A DNA stretch of 58,903 bases from a virus (lineage: Duplodnaviria; Caudoviricetes), in IMG/VR virus record IMGVR_UViG_3300032304_001646, positions 1 to 58,903 of that record, one strand, 5' to 3'. Position numbers and translations under genes: made by a program. The notes beneath the pieces are model-generated. The model was not told where the DNA came from. It searched no databases and saw nothing but the letters and a program-made list of their open reading frames with translations. Shown here piece by piece: positions 18,692-28,777 of this stretch. Each line of letters opens with the position of its first letter. The first letter of the stretch is position 1.

Positions 18692-21600
18692 ATGATAGCA
18701 GTAGAAGAAATATTAAGCGATGGTGGTTTAGGTCGTGGTGAAACTGACGGAGGTGGCGGTGGCGGCGCAAATGGCGGAGGTGGCGGTGGCGGCGCAACTA
18801 GCGGTGGAACTGAAACTGGCACCGGCGGAACTCCTCCTGCTATGGTCTATCTTACTGATAAGCCAAACACACCTTTAAGTAATTTCTCAGGAAAATTACA
18901 AATAAAATGTGTAATCGGTGATATTCTTTCAAAAACGTATTCTGGTGAAAAAATACAAGCATCAATTTATATAAATGAACAATCATCTGGATTAGTAAGT
19001 CCAAGTGAAATTAAATTATCTGCAAGAGATATTTTTAATAATGGAGATTATAATATTAAAGTAGTTGGAAACGGTTATAAAAAAAGTGTTGAAAATTATG
19101 TTATAACATTAATACCGAGTCCAAATTATAATGTTAACGATAACCCTGTTTATACGGCAATCCCTTTTTCAGAAGAAGGAAAAACAAATAATTTAAAAAT
19201 TATAGGATTATCTAAATTTGAATTTTTACCAACAATAGATGAAAATAATCCAGAGTATGGAAACACTAATTTTTATGAGTTTAAAATAATACATTATATA
19301 AATGGTATTGTGCAACCGGAAACGATTGCAGAAATTGATAAAGATATTACGTTTATTTTAGAAAAAGCTGGCGCTACGGATGATGGTGAAGATAATTTAG
19401 GCAATGTACAGGCATTGACGGTTGTGTTAACCGGTGCAGATGGTAGTGCTCAATTACTTATTGATAATGCAGATGGAACTGCTGGAGAAACAGTTACACT
19501 TAACTCAGGTGTTAATGGTATAACAACATTAATAGGTAAAATTGTTACAATAAAAAGTAATTCAGTAGGAAATACTATATCAAGAATAACAGAAATAGCA
19601 GTATCAGCGAATGGTTATACAAGTGAAAAATTATTGGCAGTAACCGATACGGAATCGGTTAGTACTAAGATAACAATAGATAAAACATATGTAGTTGATA
19701 TTCAAACAGAAACTATACCAGTAATATCATTGGATAAACCCTCTATAAGTTTTGTAAATCCTGATTTAAATAGAAAACATAACATCAATTCTGAAATTGA
19801 TGCATACATTGGAATTTATAAAAATGAGTTTACGGAAGGAGTAAGAGTTAAGTTTGCAAATGAAGAACTTACATATTCAAATTTAGCAGCAGGCGAATCT
19901 GCATTAATTAACATACCTTTAGCTAAATTACCAACAGTAGGAAAATATAGAATAATTATAATACCATTTACTAGTAATGGTAATGATGGAGACCCAATTG
20001 AGTTAATGTTAAATGTAGTATCTGAAACTTATGTTGGTGTACCTGATATTAGAAATATAAATTACCCAACATTAATAAAAGGTCCAGATTATGTAGGTAC
20101 AAATGTAAATTTTAAAATTAGTTATGAATCAGTAAGTACTGATTATGTAAGAATATCTGTATTAGGAAGTTCTCAACACACACAAGCTACATCTGCGGGA
20201 AATGTAACATTAAATTATCAACAATTACTTAATTCACCTGGTGCACAATATACTGAAAGTGATGGTTTAATATCATTAACATTAAAATTAGTACCATATA
20301 ACGAACAAGGAAACGAAGTTGTTGTTGGTAAGGAAGAATTTATTACAATACAATTTGATAAAAGTGAATTAACAATACCGAGAAATGTAGTTATTAATAG
20401 ATTAGTTGATGGGTTTATATCACAATTAAATACCGCATCTTTAGTAGATGAATCATCGAAATATTTAAATCACTTATTACATTTACCAAACGATAATAAA
20501 TTAATTACAACTTGGTTGGGTAGTGAGGGTTCTTTGATTTTAAAATTATATGAGCCATTATCAACTGCAATACAACCAAACCAACAGGTATGGATTTCTA
20601 AATTACAGTCAGACCCAATTATAGAAACAATAAATATAACTGGTGAAAATGCAAGTTTTTGTCCTCCATTAAAAGGTCCTAACTTTTCATTGGAAGAAAA
20701 TAATGGAGTTGCATATCAGATATTGGATGATTTGATTGCAAGTGGTTCAATAACTTCAAATGATATAGTTAATAATTATTTAGAAGGAACAAATGTTAAT
20801 ACTACTAAATTAAATTTACAATATGTAAGTGGTTCAGATTATACATTTAAATCTTTTTCACATTTTGGTTCAGCTGAAGAAAGAGCCGCTAATTTCTTTT
20901 ACAAAGTAAAATTATTAGAAACTTACAAAGCGAGATATGAAGCATTAATAGCAACAACATTCATTCCACCGTATGATGGTTATAATGGTGGTATTTTAAC
21001 GGAAAATGGATTTCAAGTAATAACTGAAGATGGTCTATTTGATGTTCAATGGGAAATTGCACAATCAAGTGGTGTAAATCAAGCCGGTGAAGCTAAAAAA
21101 GTATTAAATACAATAAATGGTATTTTAAGAAATTTTGATGGATTTGAAAACTTTTTATACAAATCAAATAACAATTTAGCATATCCAAAGGTATTATATG
21201 TACATCCAATTACGGGATTAGGAACACTTATTTTAAGGGATACAACGCACGCAAGTGTTACTGCATGGTATAATGTATTAATTGATGAAGCGGCAAATTA
21301 TGATAAATACAATCCTAATTATTTAGTAAATAATATACCTGAATTTATTAGAGAAGATTATAATAATAATGATTTTATAGTTTTCTTAGATATGATTGGT
21401 CAACACTTTGATATAGTATGGGCTTATGTTAAAGCATTGGATAATAATAAAATATTAGAACATAAACAAATCAATGGTTTATCAAATACATTAGTTTCTC
21501 AAATGCTTCAATCGTTTGGTTGGAATCCTAAAAACGCTTTTAATTCACCATTCTTATGGGAATATGCATTTGGTAAAACAAAAGATGGATTTCAAAAATA

Positions 21601-23932
21601 TGGAATGCCACTATCTGAAGCCAATGATGAAGTTTGGAGAAGGATATTAAATAACTTACCTTATTTGTTAAAACATAAAGGTACTGCAAGAGCTATGAAA
21701 GCTATTATGGCTTGTTATGGTGTACCACAATCTATGTTAACAATAATGGAATTTGGTGGACCACAAGACCCAACGCAAGGTGGTACTAGTAAATTTACAT
21801 TTGATGATAGAACCGCTGCATTTTATTTAAAAGGAGACTTAAATGGAAATGGTAGTTCAAATATTAAAGTTCCGTGGCATGAAATAAATAGTGTTGATTA
21901 TCCTAATTGTATTGAATTTAGAATATTACCAAATGAATTACCAACGCCAGTTTATACTTTAATAAGTGGTAGTGAATGGACTTTGGATTTAGTACAAACT
22001 ACTGGTTCTTTTGGTAAATTAGAATTAAACTTTGGTGGAGATATTTCAAATAGTACATATTTTTCCGAAAGTATATCAACACCCGCATCTTATTATATTC
22101 AATATATTAATGATGAGCCATATGCGTATGGTCCTGATTTAAAAACTGGAAGTTTAGATTTTCCAATTTCAACAGAACACTATTCACAAGTTGTAATTAA
22201 TAGACATAATAGTCCTGATTCTTCTTCTTGGTTTGAGGTATGGTGGGGAACGAGTGATGGGCAGAGAATTATAACATCAGTTAGTATGTCCATACAAACG
22301 GATGATACACAATGGGAAACCGGTTCTTATTTACAAATTGGTGGTAATGGGTTTCAAGGAAATTTGGATGAAGTAAGATTATGGAAAGTTCCTTTACAAA
22401 GAAGTAAGTTTGAAAATCATACATTATTTCCAGATGCAATTAATGGAAACTCATACACAGCATCAACAGCGGATTTAGTATTCAGATTAGATTTTGAAAA
22501 GCCAAAAGATAGAATTTTAGACCCGTATATTAAAAACGTTTCAATTAGTGAAATATATGGAGAAGGTTCTGCAACTGCAAGTAATATGTATTCCGCGGCA
22601 ACATATCCATATCAATATATTCCATATGATAGAACTGTAACGGCTAATGTTCCATCTTTAGGATTTAATTATTCTAATAAAGTAAGATTTGAATCCGCAT
22701 CATTGGTTACTGATTTATCTTATAAAACAAGAGCAACTAAAAAAGCATTTGACCAGGCACCAATAGATACGAATCGTTTAGGATTATTCTTTTCTCCAAT
22801 TAAGGAATTGAATATGGATATCTTAAAAGCATTTGGTGATTTTAATATAGATAACTATATAGGAAATCCATCCGATGAATATAGAACAACTTACAAAGAA
22901 TTAGATACATTAAGACGTTATTATTTTGAAAGATTGGATAATAGAGATATCTACGAATATATACGATTGGTTAAATATATTGATAGGTCTTTATTCGATA
23001 CTTTAATTGAATTAGCGCCTGCAAGAACTAATGTAGTGAAAGGATTATTGATTGAACCACACTTTTTAGAAAGAAGTAAAATTAAGTGGACAAAACCTGT
23101 ATCCGAAAGAAATGACTTTGAATCAATTATTGATACAAAAAGAAACATAACTACTACATCTGATTATTTGGTAGAAGAAGCTAACTTAGATGTAGATAAT
23201 ATCAGTCAATTGGCAGGTGAATTGAATAATTATGATTCAGTTATTGATATAGCCGATACATCAATAGTAGGTCAAAGTATAATGTATAATGGTGAGATTT
23301 TAAATTCTATAAAACCAGAACTTGAAGCAAGTGCACCATTTTTTGATACCAAAATACAATGTCCAATTGGTGCTAGTTTAGTTGGTGAAGCCGATTCAAT
23401 GACATTTACCGAAATTGGAATGGACCCGAATTCTTTAGCAAATAGAGGATTTGGTTTATACTCAAAGAATGGTGTTTCAAAAATTAATTATTTTGATAAT
23501 ATTTTTGGAAATCACACCTCAAGTAGAAGTAACGTATATGTTGTAAAAGAACAATATACTCAAAAAATAAACACTCAAGTTAAGGGATGGCCAGTAAATG
23601 GAGCAGCTTTAAATGAGCCTGTGAGATATGAAAAAGTTCCAGTTACATTATATAGGTATAGAGTTTCAACTTTACCATTTAGTGGAAGTATAACGATTGG
23701 CAATGACGTTGCCGAAGTACAAACTTTTAAAGGATATTTACCAACTCACTACAAATATGTAAATAATTTATCTGAAGGATTAAGACGTTCATATTTTAAA
23801 GGTTCTGTTCAAAATTCATCAACCACACCAGATGGATTAAGTGCGGTAGAAACATTTATAACAAATCCTAATATTCTTAAAGTTGCTAAGACTGGTAGAG
23901 GTAGTGGAGAGCCGATTTTGGAAGTTGATTAA
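18692..23932 (+). CDS. Large baseplate/tail protein (gp7 / tail protein I-like region plus LamG-like domain)
   Basis: FLDMIGQHFD, LPYLLKHKGTARAMKA (tail protein I-like), FQGNLDEVRLW (LamG-like); Ig-like N-terminal region. Start codon uncertain. Confidence 0.65.
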   Translation: MIAVEEILSDGGLGRGETDGGGGGGANGGGGGGGATSGGTETGTGGTPPAMVYLTDKPNTPLSNFSGKLQIKCVIGDILSKTYSGEKIQASIYINEQSSGLVSPSEIKLSARDIFNNGDYNIKVVGNGYKKSVENYVITLIPSPNYNVNDNPVYTAIPFSEEGKTNNLKIIGLSKFEFLPTIDENNPEYGNTNFYEFKIIHYINGIVQPETIAEIDKDITFILEKAGATDDGEDNLGNVQALTVVLTGADGSAQLLIDNADGTAGETVTLNSGVNGITTLIGKIVTIKSNSVGNTISRITEIAVSANGYTSEKLLAVTDTESVSTKITIDKTYVVDIQTETIPVISLDKPSISFVNPDLNRKHNINSEIDAYIGIYKNEFTEGVRVKFANEELTYSNLAAGESALINIPLAKLPTVGKYRIIIIPFTSNGNDGDPIELMLNVVSETYVGVPDIRNINYPTLIKGPDYVGTNVNFKISYESVSTDYVRISVLGSSQHTQATSAGNVTLNYQQLLNSPGAQYTESDGLISLTLKLVPYNEQGNEVVVGKEEFITIQFDKSELTIPRNVVINRLVDGFISQLNTASLVDESSKYLNHLLHLPNDNKLITTWLGSEGSLILKLYEPLSTAIQPNQQVWISKLQSDPIIETINITGENASFCPPLKGPNFSLEENNGVAYQILDDLIASGSITSNDIVNNYLEGTNVNTTKLNLQYVSGSDYTFKSFSHFGSAEERAANFFYKVKLLETYKARYEALIATTFIPPYDGYNGGILTENGFQVITEDGLFDVQWEIAQSSGVNQAGEAKKVLNTINGILRNFDGFENFLYKSNNNLAYPKVLYVHPITGLGTLILRDTTHASVTAWYNVLIDEAANYDKYNPNYLVNNIPEFIREDYNNNDFIVFLDMIGQHFDIVWAYVKALDNNKILEHKQINGLSNTLVSQMLQSFGWNPKNAFNSPFLWEYAFGKTKDGFQKYGMPLSEANDEVWRRILNNLPYLLKHKGTARAMKAIMACYGVPQSMLTIMEFGGPQDPTQGGTSKFTFDDRTAAFYLKGDLNGNGSSNIKVPWHEINSVDYPNCIEFRILPNELPTPVYTLISGSEWTLDLVQTTGSFGKLELNFGGDISNSTYFSESISTPASYYIQYINDEPYAYGPDLKTGSLDFPISTEHYSQVVINRHNSPDSSSWFEVWWGTSDGQRIITSVSMSIQTDDTQWETGSYLQIGGNGFQGNLDEVRLWKVPLQRSKFENHTLFPDAINGNSYTASTADLVFRLDFEKPKDRILDPYIKNVSISEIYGEGSATASNMYSAATYPYQYIPYDRTVTANVPSLGFNYSNKVRFESASLVTDLSYKTRATKKAFDQAPIDTNRLGLFFSPIKELNMDILKAFGDFNIDNYIGNPSDEYRTTYKELDTLRRYYFERLDNRDIYEYIRLVKYIDRSLFDTLIELAPARTNVVKGLLIEPHFLERSKIKWTKPVSERNDFESIIDTKRNITTTSDYLVEEANLDVDNISQLAGELNNYDSVIDIADTSIVGQSIMYNGEILNSIKPELEASAPFFDTKIQCPIGASLVGEADSMTFTEIGMDPNSLANRGFGLYSKNGVSKINYFDNIFGNHTSSRSNVYVVKEQYTQKINTQVKGWPVNGAALNEPVRYEKVPVTLYRYRVSTLPFSGSITIGNDVAEVQTFKGYLPTHYKYVNNLSEGLRRSYFKGSVQNSSTTPDGLSAVETFITNPNILKVAKTGRGSGEPILEVD
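18748..18797 (+). repeat. GC-rich direct repeat encoding poly-Gly
   Basis: CGGAGGTGGCGGTGGCGGCGCAA occurs twice with a 27-nt period. Confidence 0.8.
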
Positions 23933-23981
23933 TTTTAAGAAACGGTTATAAGAATTAATAATTGAAAATAATAATTGGTTA

Positions 23982-23989
23982 TATTTATA
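23982..23989 (+). promoter_or_regulatory. TATTTATA putative late promoter element
   Basis: Intergenic motif upstream of 24024. Confidence 0.6.
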
Positions 23990-24023
23990 TTTTAGAAATA
24001 AAGAATTAAAAAAACAATATCAA

Positions 24024-24644
24024 ATGGCATATTTAGATAACACGGAAATAACAGTAGATGCAATTCTTACCAAAAAAGGAAGACAAAAATTAGCATCTGG
24101 ACAATCTTTGAACATTACAAAGTTCGCTTTAGGAGATGATGAGATTGATTATACACTATATGAACCGGCTCATCCAAAGGGTTCGGCTTATTACGATTCA
24201 GCAATTAGAGCTATTCCTGTAACGGAAGCAAGTCCTGATGAAACTCAAGTATTAAGATATAAGTTAGTAACCCTTCCAAAAGGAACTACTCAAATCCCAA
24301 CTGTAAGATTGGGTGTACCTTCAATTAGTGTAAATCAAAGTGAAGGGGCGGTTGGATTATTACCAACTACATCACCTGCAGGAAATGCAAGTACTGGATA
24401 TACTATGGTATTAGCAGACCAAAGAGCAGGTACGTTGACAGTAACTAGAGGAGCAAGTGGAACAGGTAATACATTGTTCTTAGGAGATGAAATAACAACA
24501 ACTGCTCAGGTTGTAACTGGTTTGGAATTCCGTTTCACACCAAATCCAGGATTAACGTTAGATGTATCTACAACCATTACCGTATATGGTAATGAAACCG
24601 GAGGTTCTCAAACTATACCTGTGATTGTAACATATAAAGCATAA
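24024..24644 (+). CDS. Virion structural protein (tail-collar / fibre-attachment-like)
   Basis: AILTKKGRQKLA...ITKFALGD resembles the N-terminus of tail-collar fibre proteins. Confidence 0.55.
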   Translation: MAYLDNTEITVDAILTKKGRQKLASGQSLNITKFALGDDEIDYTLYEPAHPKGSAYYDSAIRAIPVTEASPDETQVLRYKLVTLPKGTTQIPTVRLGVPSISVNQSEGAVGLLPTTSPAGNASTGYTMVLADQRAGTLTVTRGASGTGNTLFLGDEITTTAQVVTGLEFRFTPNPGLTLDVSTTITVYGNETGGSQTIPVIVTYKA

Positions 24645-24660
24645 TAAAAAGATATAACAA

Positions 24661-25902
24661 ATGGCACTAATTAATGACCCAAATATAACCTCTCAGATAG
24701 CAGCATTAGCTAATACTGGGACGGTAGATTCAAATCAACTTGTAACACTTTTAAATTCGGTATTACCTGCAGGACAACAAATATCAACTGTTGGAGCACA
24801 AACAACCGGTATTTATAAAAGATTTGGTGAATTTGATAAAGTAAACGCAAAAATAGAAATTGTAACAACTGGACTATGGTCTGGTGATTCTGGTTCTTTA
24901 AATAGTGCATTTACATCATCTATACAAATAGCACAACAAAGTGGACAATATTATTACAATGTGTATGACTTATCACCGGCAACTACCGATGAAGAAGAAG
25001 TTCAATTTGCAATAGCTTATGGACACGTTGATGGTAGTGGTTCTGCGGCTTTATCGGTTGATGATAATTCATTATTGGCAACAAAAGCAACATACGCACA
25101 ATATAAATCAATGTTGTTAGACCCAATTGATTCTAAATTTAATTTTGATAATTCAACTAATATTGCAACTGATGCAAATGGTTGTTATTTCATAAACTTA
25201 GCTAGGAATAGATTTAGAGAAAGTATGGATGCGGGTAACTGGTCATTAAAACTTTCTGGTTCTAATGGATTATTTACATTCATTGATAATAGTGGTAAGA
25301 AATTTGGAGATACTTATGGATTAGCTGGTAATGTATTTAAAGTAGTTTCTGGTTCATTAGAATTGGGAACTCAAAGTGAAGCAACGATTAAACATTCTGC
25401 AGATATAGCTACTGATTTAAAACCAGCACATTCAGCGACTGGTGAAGGATTTGGAGAATTCTATCCTGAAAGAGGTATTATAGTTCTTAATGCTAGAGCA
25501 ATAGGAAACGTAGTTGGTAATGTTGGTGAAGTTGGATTTCAAAACACTGGTAGTTTACAAGGTGGTATAGCAACAACGCACGAAGCATATAATCAAAAAT
25601 TATTATTCTACGCAATTAAAAAAGGTGGTGATTTTGAAGCACGTAGAACTGAAAATATTTCTACTCAACACTTCTTCGTAAGAGCAACAAATAGAGAATT
25701 TAACTACTCTAATAACCCTACTTATGTAGATGCTAGTGGATTCTTTACCGAACCAACATTTGAAACTGACCCTCAAACGTTTGTTACAACCGTAGGTCTT
25801 TATAATGATTCAAACGAACTTATTGCTGTGGCAAAAACTTCTCAACCAATTGTTAAATCATTTGATAAAGAAGTTTTAATTAAAGTTAAACTTTCATTCT
25901 AA
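24661..25902 (+). CDS. Virion structural protein
   Basis: C-terminal TTVGLYNDSNELIAVAK..PI.K motif, shared with the next gene; G.FYP..GIIVL and EFNYS.NP also shared. Confidence 0.6.
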   Translation: MALINDPNITSQIAALANTGTVDSNQLVTLLNSVLPAGQQISTVGAQTTGIYKRFGEFDKVNAKIEIVTTGLWSGDSGSLNSAFTSSIQIAQQSGQYYYNVYDLSPATTDEEEVQFAIAYGHVDGSGSAALSVDDNSLLATKATYAQYKSMLLDPIDSKFNFDNSTNIATDANGCYFINLARNRFRESMDAGNWSLKLSGSNGLFTFIDNSGKKFGDTYGLAGNVFKVVSGSLELGTQSEATIKHSADIATDLKPAHSATGEGFGEFYPERGIIVLNARAIGNVVGNVGEVGFQNTGSLQGGIATTHEAYNQKLLFYAIKKGGDFEARRTENISTQHFFVRATNREFNYSNNPTYVDASGFFTEPTFETDPQTFVTTVGLYNDSNELIAVAKTSQPIVKSFDKEVLIKVKLSF

Positions 25903-25920
25903 TAATAATTATTTTAGATA

Positions 25921-25958
25921 AAATGATAAGCCCCCTAATCAAAGGGGGTTTTTCATTT
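25921..25958 (+). terminator. Intrinsic terminator
   Basis: GCCCCCT-AATCAA-AGGGGGT stem followed by TTTT; flanks AAATGA/TCATTT extend the pairing. Confidence 0.75.
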
Positions 25959-25988
25959 ATAGAATATTTATATAAAAGAAAATAATAG

Positions 25989-26945
25989 ATGTTAAAACAA
26001 ATTCCAAAATCCGATATTATAGTAAGACCTCTCAAAGTTTATAAAGAATGGAGATTGGATGAAAATGATATTAACCCTATTTTTGCTAAAAGTGGGAGTA
26101 TTGGAGACTATGATGCGGAAATTGAAGAAAAATCATATGGGTATTCTAAAATAAGTTTATTTCGTTCAATAAAAGCACAATTTTATTTAAATCCAGAAAC
26201 ATCTTCAATGATAACGGAAGTTGGAAGAAGAAGGTCATACACTTCAAAAAACGAAAGAGTTTTACAGGAACAAATGGCAGTTTTTTCAATTCCACAATCT
26301 TATTATGGAGAAGGTATAAAGCCAGGTACTGTTGTGTTAACCAACGATGCAACTTCAAAAACATTTACCGATGATAGTTATTCAAATTTAATAGATTCTG
26401 GTAGTAATGTATCTGGTAATATTTTTTATGATAGGGGATTAGTTGTTTTAACTAGAGATATAACGAGTGGTTCTGGTGCTGGAAATTTAACTCAATTTAC
26501 TTTGGATTTTCGTTCTACAAAAACAATATATGAAAATGAAATATTCATACCAGTGTTAGAGGGAGAATTTAATTTTTCACAAAATCCATCAGCAGTATAT
26601 GAAGATGGTGCTAAAAAAGTTAGAATAACCACAAGTAGAGCTGAATCACTACGAAAAAAACCAAATGATTTAGTTACTACTGATTATTATGATGCTGGGA
26701 TTAAAAATGTAAGAAATTCAAAATATGCTTATGTTTCTAAATTAGACCCTACTAAATTTGGTAGTTTTGATGATTATGAGTATAGTGGTTCAATAGACCC
26801 AACTGGTTCTTATTTAGCTCCATATATTACAACAATTGGGTTGTATGATGATTCATTATCATTACTAGCAGTTGCAAAATTACCACAACCAATTAAATCA
26901 GAACCAAACTATCCAGTTAATTTTATAATACGTTTCGATACATAA
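25989..26945 (+). CDS. Virion structural protein, paralog of 24661..25902
   Basis: GNIFYDRGLVVL, EFNFSQNPS, TTIGLYDD..LLAVAKL..PIK; TATTTATA at 25965. Confidence 0.6.
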   Translation: MLKQIPKSDIIVRPLKVYKEWRLDENDINPIFAKSGSIGDYDAEIEEKSYGYSKISLFRSIKAQFYLNPETSSMITEVGRRRSYTSKNERVLQEQMAVFSIPQSYYGEGIKPGTVVLTNDATSKTFTDDSYSNLIDSGSNVSGNIFYDRGLVVLTRDITSGSGAGNLTQFTLDFRSTKTIYENEIFIPVLEGEFNFSQNPSAVYEDGAKKVRITTSRAESLRKKPNDLVTTDYYDAGIKNVRNSKYAYVSKLDPTKFGSFDDYEYSGSIDPTGSYLAPYITTIGLYDDSLSLLAVAKLPQPIKSEPNYPVNFIIRFDT

Positions 26946-26978
26946 CGTTATATTTATACTAAATAAACACATATAAAA

Positions 26979-27170
26979 ATGGCAAGCATTGTTGATATAT
27001 ACACAAAATCAATTCCTAAAACAGGAGTAGCTAATACTAAAGGTGGAGATAAAACTCCAATAAATGCGGATGGTGGGTTAAACCTATCAACTGATGAAAC
27101 TAAACTTAGCAAAGCTAGAAAAGGTGCAGTGAATACTACAAAAAAGTATTCAGAACTTTTCAAAAAATAA
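26979..27170 (+). CDS. Small basic hypothetical protein
   Basis: ORF preceded by TATTTATA at 26951. Confidence 0.55.
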   Translation: MASIVDIYTKSIPKTGVANTKGGDKTPINADGGLNLSTDETKLSKARKGAVNTTKKYSELFKK

Positions 27171-27173
27171 TCA

Positions 27174-27587
27174 ATGAGTTGGAAATTTAATGGAAATATT
27201 GTTACGGAGGAAAGCACACCGGAAGGTGCAGTTGGGTTTGTCTATAAAATGATACACATACCAACTGGTAGATTTTATATAGGGAAAAAATCCCTAAATC
27301 AAGTTCGAAGATTGAAACCCTTAAAGGGAAAGACTAGAAAAAGAGTTGTTAGAAGTGCTTCCGATTGGGAGAAATACTATTCATCAAACGAATGGATTAA
27401 GTCCGAAGTAAAAGAAGGTAGAGCTGGTGATTTTGAAAGAGAAATTATCCAGTTTTGCTTTTCAAAGAAATCTTTATCATATTACGAAATTAAATGGCAG
27501 TTTCATTATGATGTACTGGCCAATGAACAAGCAATAAACGAAAACCTTATGGGAAAATTCTTCCGTAGGGATATTATAAACCCATAG
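27174..27587 (+). CDS. GIY-YIG family nuclease (stand-alone)
   Basis: GFVY...TGRFYIGKK, conserved Glu (YYE) and Asn (INENL). Confidence 0.75.
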   Translation: MSWKFNGNIVTEESTPEGAVGFVYKMIHIPTGRFYIGKKSLNQVRRLKPLKGKTRKRVVRSASDWEKYYSSNEWIKSEVKEGRAGDFEREIIQFCFSKKSLSYYEIKWQFHYDVLANEQAINENLMGKFFRRDIINP

Positions 27588-27589
27588 TT

Positions 27590-27790
27590 ATGACAATACC
27601 TGAAATCTCAAAAAAGTACGGAATCTCCGAAGCTTATTTAAACGCAAAAGATGATGCATTAAAAATAGCAGCGGCATCATTAGTAGACCTTAAAGGAATG
27701 GTAATCAATAATGTACCAAGAGAGCAAATTGCTAATAAATTACAATTCTTAGCAGATTTTCTAATGGATTGTAAGAATTCTAACCATTAA
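27590..27790 (+). CDS. Small hypothetical protein (possible HTH start)
   Basis: MTIPEISKKYGISEAYL resembles a helix-turn-helix. Confidence 0.5.
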   Translation: MTIPEISKKYGISEAYLNAKDDALKIAAASLVDLKGMVINNVPREQIANKLQFLADFLMDCKNSNH

Positions 27791-27822
27791 TTAGGTTATA
27801 TCAGATAATTTTCGTATATTTG
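27791..27822 (+). promoter_or_regulatory. Bacteroidota-type housekeeping-sigma promoter (-33/-7)
   Basis: TTAG-N20-TATATTTG versus consensus TTTG-N19-21-TAnnTTTG, upstream of primase. Confidence 0.6.
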
Positions 27823-27841
27823 TGATAATAATATCCAAACT

Positions 27842-28777
27842 ATGCTATCTGGTAGGAATAAATTACAAATAATTACAATATTAGATTCTACACTCGGAGT
27901 GGGTTCATCCTTAAAGGGAAACGAACAGGCACACCATTGTCCATTTTGTAATCACCACAAAAAGAAACTTCAAATAAACTTAGATACTCAAAGGTGGCAC
28001 TGCTGGGTATGTGATTCTAAAGGTAGGAGTATATATTCTCTACTTCGCAAACTCAATGTAGATATTAGGGACCTGAATAAGGTTAAAGATGTATATGGGG
28101 ATGAACCTGAATATGATTCTAAAGAAGAATATGTAGTTAAGTTGCAATTACCAAAAGAATTCAAACAATTGTACTTTTGCCCAAAAAGTATTAATCCTAC
28201 TTATAATCAAGCCCTTCACTATTTAAATAAAAGAAATATTACAAAAGCTGATATCGTAAAGTATAACATCGGATATTGTGAAGATGGGTTATATGGTGGT
28301 AGAGTTATTATACCTTCTTACGATGATAATGGTGACCTTAATTATTTCGTAGCTCGTTCTTTTTATGAAGATGAAAAAATGAAATATAAGAATCCGCCAA
28401 TTAGTAGAGATGTAATTGTGTTTGAGAATCAAATAAATTGGAACGAACCAATTATTTTAGTAGAAGGTGTATTCGATTCATTTTCAGTAAAGAGAAATGT
28501 AATTCCATTATTAGGTAAGTTTTTACTTAGCAAATTAAAAAATAAAATTATGGAAAAGGGTGTTACTGATGTAACAATTATGTTAGATTCCGATGCAGTA
28601 GATGATTCTACTAAACATACCGAATGGTTTATGAAAAATGGGATTAAAGTAAAAAATATTATACCAACTGATAAAGATGCTGGTGAAATGGGATTTAAAA
28701 AAGTAAACGAATTATTGAAAGGAGCTAAAGAAACCGGATGGGATGACTTAGTCCTATCCAAACTAAATAATATATGA
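27842..28777 (+). CDS. dnaG: DNA primase (zinc finger plus TOPRIM)
   Basis: CPFC..HCWVC zinc finger, GRVIIP, KYKNP, LVEGVFD, MLDSDA, DKDAGE motifs. Confidence 0.88.
   Translation: MLSGRNKLQIITILDSTLGVGSSLKGNEQAHHCPFCNHHKKKLQINLDTQRWHCWVCDSKGRSIYSLLRKLNVDIRDLNKVKDVYGDEPEYDSKEEYVVKLQLPKEFKQLYFCPKSINPTYNQALHYLNKRNITKADIVKYNIGYCEDGLYGGRVIIPSYDDNGDLNYFVARSFYEDEKMKYKNPPISRDVIVFENQINWNEPIILVEGVFDSFSVKRNVIPLLGKFLLSKLKNKIMEKGVTDVTIMLDSDAVDDSTKHTEWFMKNGIKVKNIIPTDKDAGEMGFKKVNELLKGAKETGWDDLVLSKLNNI

Noticed and set aside
8786-26945. Extracellular contractile injection system or tailocin
   Set aside because: Terminase, portal, prohead protease and replication genes in the same window show a complete phage.
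27174-27587. GIY-YIG protein as a mobile homing endonuclease
   Set aside because: Only the catalytic domain is present, with no DNA-binding tail or interrupted host gene; more likely a resident nuclease.
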